64,000 bases of DNA from Candidatus Bipolaricaulota bacterium (GTDB taxonomy: Bacteria > Bipolaricaulota > Bipolaricaulia > RBG-16-55-9 > DRXL01). Below are positions 59,742-64,000 of the stretch, in pieces. The position numbers and the translations under genes were made by a program. The notes beneath the pieces are model-generated. The model was not told the origin of the DNA, searched no databases, and saw only the letters and a list, made by a program, of their open reading frames with translations. Location of the stretch: contig JANXAU010000044.1 of NCBI GenBank assembly GCA_025061735.1, positions 13,933 through 77,932 on the forward strand. The letters run 5' to 3'. Within the stretch, counting starts at the first letter, position 1; each line of letters opens with the position of its first letter.

Positions 59742-60706
59742 TCTACGAAGAGCTGGAGCGCCAGATCGAGCAGTTGCGCGCCCTGAGCCGCAACGGGGTG
59801 GATCTCTCGGAGGAGATCGAGCGGCTTGAAGCGAAGCTTGAGGCCCTCAAGAAGCAGATAGCGGCTCCGGCTTCCAGCCCCGCGCCCTCTGTGGAGCTGG
59901 ACGACTGGGAGCGCGTCAAGCTCGCGCGCCATCCCAAGCGCCCCTATGCGCTCGACTATATCCAAGCGCTGACCGAAGATTTCTACGAGCTGCACGGGGA
60001 TCGTCTCTACGGGGACGACGCGGCGGTCGTCGCGGGGATCGCGCGCTTTGACGGCCAGACCGTAGTCATCGTGGGCACGCAGAAGGGGAGAGACGCCACA
60101 GAGAACGTGAAGCGTAACTTTGGGATGCCTCATCCGGAGGGCTATCGCAAGGCGCTCCGAGTGATGAAGCTCGGCGAGCGCTTTGGATTTCCCATCTTGA
60201 CACTGATTGACACTCCCGGCGCCTACCCCGGGGTAGGCGCGGAGGAGCGCAACATTGGAGGCGCGCTCGCTCAGAATATCTATGAGATGTTAAGCTTGAA
60301 GGTCCCCATCGTCGCGACGATCATTGGCGAAGGGGGCAGCGGCGGTGCGCTGGCGCTGGCGATTGGCGATCGGGTCTTGATGCTGGAAAACGCGACCTAT
60401 TCGGTGATCACGCCCGAGGGCTGCGCGGCGATCCTCTTCCGCGATGCGACCAAGGCCCCGGAGGCCGCGCGCGCCCTCAAGCTTACGGCGCCGCATCTGT
60501 TAAGATTGGGCGTGATTGACGAGATCGTTCCCGAACCGCCCGGCGGTGCCCATCTCGATCCGGAGATGACCATGAGGGCGCTCCGCGGCGCGTGGCAGCG
60601 GCACCTGCGCGAGCTGCTCGCCCTGCCCGCCGAGCTGCTGCCCCCGCAGCGCCGGGAGAAGTTCCAAAAGATCGGGGTCTACGAAGAGATCGCGGAATTA
60701 TCTTGA
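59738..60706 (+). CDS. accA: acetyl-CoA carboxylase carboxyltransferase alpha
   Basis: LARHPKRPY, LHGDR, FGMPHPEGYRKA, GEGGSGGA. Confidence 0.95.
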
Positions 60707-60723
60707 AAAAAGGAGGCGCAGAG

Positions 60724-61452
60724 ATGGCACGATCGGATCATCCGGCAGATTGCCGCGGCGAGTGTTCGTGGATCTTCTCGGACTTGAGCGAGCGGGGCAA
60801 GCAAGAGCTGCGTGCCATGGCGCGCCCCATCTCCTATGGCAAGAACGAGCTGATCTTCCAAGAGGGCGAACCGGCCTTTGGGTTCTATATCATCTGCAAG
60901 GGCAAAGTGAAGCTGGCCAAGCACACCCCGCAAGGAAAGAAACAGATTCTCAAGCTCTTGGGGCCCGGCGAGATGCTCGGCGAAAAATCGATGTTCGACC
61001 GTGAAGTCTACACAGCGTATGCGGAGACGCTGGAAGAGGCGCGCTTGAACTTCTACGCCCGCGAGCCGTTCTTGGCGTTTCTGGAAAGATACCCCAAGGT
61101 GGCGCTCAAGATCATCGAAAAGCTCTCGCGCGAGATCAAAGCCTTCCAAGATCGGTTGGTCGAAGCGAGCTACGAGGGGAGCAACGAGCGGCTCGCTCGG
61201 ATTCTCTTGATGATCGCTCAAGTCTACGGCGAGCCGACGGAGAAGGGCGTCTATATTGGGATAGATCTCTCGCGGTCGGAGCTGGCCGAGCTAGCGGGCA
61301 TCTCCACCGAGACGGCCATCCGCACGCTGAGCCATTTTAAAGAGCGCAGCTACGTCGAACTCGAAGGCCCCAGGATCTACATCCGCAACAAGGAGAAACT
61401 CAACGAACTGGCTCAGCCGTTTGAGATCAAGCTCAAAGAGAATCTGATCTAG
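60724..61452 (+). CDS. Crp/Fnr family transcriptional regulator
   Basis: SD AGGAGG; cNMP-fold plus HTH SRSELAELAGISTETAIRTLS. Confidence 0.9.
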   Translation: MARSDHPADCRGECSWIFSDLSERGKQELRAMARPISYGKNELIFQEGEPAFGFYIICKGKVKLAKHTPQGKKQILKLLGPGEMLGEKSMFDREVYTAYAETLEEARLNFYAREPFLAFLERYPKVALKIIEKLSREIKAFQDRLVEASYEGSNERLARILLMIAQVYGEPTEKGVYIGIDLSRSELAELAGISTETAIRTLSHFKERSYVELEGPRIYIRNKEKLNELAQPFEIKLKENLI

Positions 61453-62738
61453 CTCTTGCAGAGCGCCACGATCTGATCGCGCAGCTCCTCGGGGAAGCAG
61501 AGGCGGTCTTGGACGTAGGTCTTGTTGCGCACCGCGCGGATGACGTCCGAGGCTTGAGAGAGTTCCACCAGAGCACCGTCGCTGTCCACCAGAAAGATAT
61601 TTTCGCCGGCCAGCAGCCCTTTGAGGAAGTAGCTCTCTTTGTAGGGGTCATCGGCGACGCGGTCGAGCGCCAAGTAATATCGAGGGTCGAAGCCGGCGGC
61701 GCGGGCGAGCTGAGCGAGCTTATCTGCGTGTTCGCGATACTGGGATTCGTCCAGGTCGAGCGTCTTGAAGAGCCGTCGCTGCTGAAAGCGCTGGGCCAGA
61801 TCTGAGAGAATCGGATCGGGAGCGGCGCACCACTCTTTCACGGCGAAGAGCACCACGGTGTCGTCGAGGGCCAGATGATCGTCAAGCGAGAGTTCGGCGG
61901 GGCGGAGGAGGAGCTTGCGCAGGGGGGGCGTCATGGGGAGATCGTGGCCGGCCCGCAGGAGATCCGCGGCGCGTTGAAGGGTCTTGCGCATTAAGACATC
62001 AGCAGCACGCGCTGTCTTGTGATGATAGACTTGTTGGTACATATAATAGCGCGCCAAGACGTAGCCCTCAGCGGCGTGTAGCCCCTTGCGCCGGTCAATC
62101 GCCAGTTCCCAGTCGTCGTTCTCTTGGACCAATCTCAAGCTGTGGATGAGCCAGTTCACGTCGAAATAGCCATACGTGACGCCGGTGCAGAGGCTGTCGC
62201 GCACGAGATACTCCATGCGATCCACGTCGAGTTGGCTGGAGAGCAGCTTGACGGCGAAGGCGGGCTTGAAGGTGCGATTGAAGAGCTGAGCGATCTGTTC
62301 GGGGTAGCGGGGGTTGGCTTCTGTCAAGACGCGATGGAGATGGGTTTGAGGGTGGCGGACGAGGCGCACCGTCCAGGTCTCGTGGGGGATTTGGGTGAAG
62401 TCTTCGAGAAGGTGGGAGAACGGGAGGTGGCCCACGTCGTGTAAAAGGGCGGCGGCCAGGAGCAATTGGCGGTGTTCCGTGAGCGTTTGGGCCAGAGACG
62501 GGGACGGGGCTAACTCTAACAGATGATCCACGACGCGCTTCATCAAGAACGCCGTGCCGAGCGCGTGGGAGAAGCGCGAGTGGGTCGCGCTGGGATAGAC
62601 CATCGAGCCAGTGCCCAACTGTCGAATATGGCGCAGGCGCTGCACGTGGGGCGTGTCGATCAATCGGAGCACGAGCGCGTCCTCAACGCGATCGAATCGG
62701 ATGAGATCGTGCACGGGGTCGCGAAAGACTTTGTCCAT
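61449..62738 (-). CDS. HD-domain phosphohydrolase (SAMHD1/YwfO-like)
   Basis: RDPVH, QRLR.IRQLG, HSRFSHALG, LHDVGH.PFSH, LDVDRMEY. Confidence 0.9.
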   Translation of the reverse strand: MDKVFRDPVHDLIRFDRVEDALVLRLIDTPHVQRLRHIRQLGTGSMVYPSATHSRFSHALGTAFLMKRVVDHLLELAPSPSLAQTLTEHRQLLLAAALLHDVGHLPFSHLLEDFTQIPHETWTVRLVRHPQTHLHRVLTEANPRYPEQIAQLFNRTFKPAFAVKLLSSQLDVDRMEYLVRDSLCTGVTYGYFDVNWLIHSLRLVQENDDWELAIDRRKGLHAAEGYVLARYYMYQQVYHHKTARAADVLMRKTLQRAADLLRAGHDLPMTPPLRKLLLRPAELSLDDHLALDDTVVLFAVKEWCAAPDPILSDLAQRFQQRRLFKTLDLDESQYREHADKLAQLARAAGFDPRYYLALDRVADDPYKESYFLKGLLAGENIFLVDSDGALVELSQASDVIRAVRNKTYVQDRLCFPEELRDQIVALCKS

Positions 62739-62833
62739 AGTTAAATTGTAAACAAGACGATGAAGAAAGACAACACGATATTTGCGTCACGGCATCTGCG
62801 ATCTTAGAATAGTTATAGAGTTGGGAGTTGTTT

Positions 62834-63199
62834 ATGAAAGTTGGAGCAGAAGAATTAGCGATGTATCGTGCTACCGTACAGGATCGTCGCGAGCGAGCCA
62901 AGCGTGCATTAGACCGCCGTCAAGCCCGCGCTCAAGAGATTGCTCACCAAGCGGCTCGGCTTTTGAAAGAGCAATTTGGAGCGACTCGTGTCGTTCTCTT
63001 TGGTTCGCTAGCGCGTGGTGCGTTTACCCTTTGGTCGGATGTGGATCTGGCCGTCTGGGGACTCCGGCCTGAAGAGACGTTTCGCGCCGTGCAGGCCGTC
63101 TTGGGCCTCGATGCCGAGATCAAGATCAACTTGGTGGACATCGAGGTGTGTCGTCCGGCGTTGCGAGCCGCTATCGAGAGAGAGGGCAGGGAATTGTGA
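62834..63199 (+). CDS. minimal nucleotidyltransferase (MNT) antitoxin
   Basis: LFGSLARG....SDVDLAV (GSx10DxD). Confidence 0.85.
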   Translation: MKVGAEELAMYRATVQDRRERAKRALDRRQARAQEIAHQAARLLKEQFGATRVVLFGSLARGAFTLWSDVDLAVWGLRPEETFRAVQAVLGLDAEIKINLVDIEVCRPALRAAIEREGREL

Positions 63200-63681
63200 G
63201 CGAATCCTATCGAGTCGTGGCAGGCCGGATTCGCCGTGAGCTGAGCGATCTGGAACGCGTAGTCAGTCGCGCAGAGCGAGCCTTGGCCACTGCTCGCCAA
63301 GATCCAGAACGCCAAGATCTCTATCTCGATTCCGCTGCGCTCAATCTTCATGACTTCTATGCAGGTCTGGAACGGCTTTTTGCTCTTATCGCTTCTTCGA
63401 TTGAGGGAAGCCTTCCCACAGGGCATGACTGGCATCGCGAGTTGCTCCGCCAGATGACCTCCCCAGTGCCCCAAATCCGCCCTGCCGTTCTATCCCCTGA
63501 AGTGAGCAAAGAGCTAGAAGAATATCTGGGCTTTCGCCATGTGGTGCGCAATATTTACGCGTTTGAGTTTGATCTAGAGCGGATTGCGCGACTCGTTCAG
63601 CGCCTACGGTCGGTCTTTGAGCGAGTGCAGACGGAGCTTCTGGCTTTTGCTGATCTACTAGAACAAATCGCCCAAAGCTGA
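63196..63681 (+). CDS. HEPN-fold (HepT-like) toxin
   Basis: GTGA overlap with MNT; LHDFY.G.E, WH..LL, FRHVVRNIY. Confidence 0.8.
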   Translation: MSESYRVVAGRIRRELSDLERVVSRAERALATARQDPERQDLYLDSAALNLHDFYAGLERLFALIASSIEGSLPTGHDWHRELLRQMTSPVPQIRPAVLSPEVSKELEEYLGFRHVVRNIYAFEFDLERIARLVQRLRSVFERVQTELLAFADLLEQIAQS

Positions 63682-63687
63682 GCAATT

Positions 63688-64000
63688 TCATCTTCTTCCG
63701 AATTTCTTCTCTAGCTCGGCAAGCGAATAGGCCAACAGAATGGGACGCCCATGCGGACAGTAGTAGGGGTTCTTCGTGGCTTTGAGCTGGCGCACGAGAG
63801 ACTCCATCTCCGGGAGCGTCAACGGCTTGTTCTTGACGACAGCGCTCTCGCAGGCGACGCGCGCGGCTAGAGTCTTGGCGAACTCTTCTAGCGTCGGTGT
63901 GCGCTCTTGTTCCAGCAGCGCGAGCAGATGCTCGAGGGTCGTCTGAAAGTCGGTCTTGCTCCAGTCGCTTGTTAGCACCTGCGGCCACTCGCGGATCACA
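63688..64000 (-). CDS. mutL: DNA mismatch repair protein MutL, C-terminal part (runs off the right edge)
   Basis: ACESAVV and the endonuclease motif CPHGRP, ELEKKFGR. Confidence 0.88.
   Translation of the reverse strand, partial: VIREWPQVLTSDWSKTDFQTTLEHLLALLEQERTPTLEEFAKTLAARVACESAVVKNKPLTLPEMESLVRQLKATKNPYYCPHGRPILLAYSLAELEKKFGRR

Overview
A gene-dense, GC-rich bacterial chromosome segment, mostly housekeeping. Gene content (Asp23-AmaP-DUF2273-nusB, system II cytochrome c biogenesis, archaeal-like Mre11/Rad50/NurA and Lhr) suggests a deep-branching lineage such as Bipolaricaulota/Acetothermia; this is inference only. It holds about 60 CDS, three tRNAs (Arg-GCG, probable Ile2-CAT, Lys-TTT), the start of a tyrosine integrase at the left edge and the end of mutL at the right edge. 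There are four toxin-antitoxin-type loci, two of them collapsed by deletion. No CRISPR array or rRNA was seen. Best leads: (1) a candidate ~95-nt minus-strand sRNA at 28583-28678 with its own promoter and terminator and two copies of the anti-Shine-Dalgarno sequence; (2) many apparently leaderless genes; (3) a haloarchaeal-like mre11-rad50-nurA operon without herA; (4) a 2-oxoacid oxidoreductase whose delta subunit contains a GltD-like flavoprotein; (5) BoxC-like palindromes inside coding sequences; (6) non-canonical motifs in EF-P, TGT and the membrane pyrophosphatase. All family calls come from recognised motifs; no database search was run.
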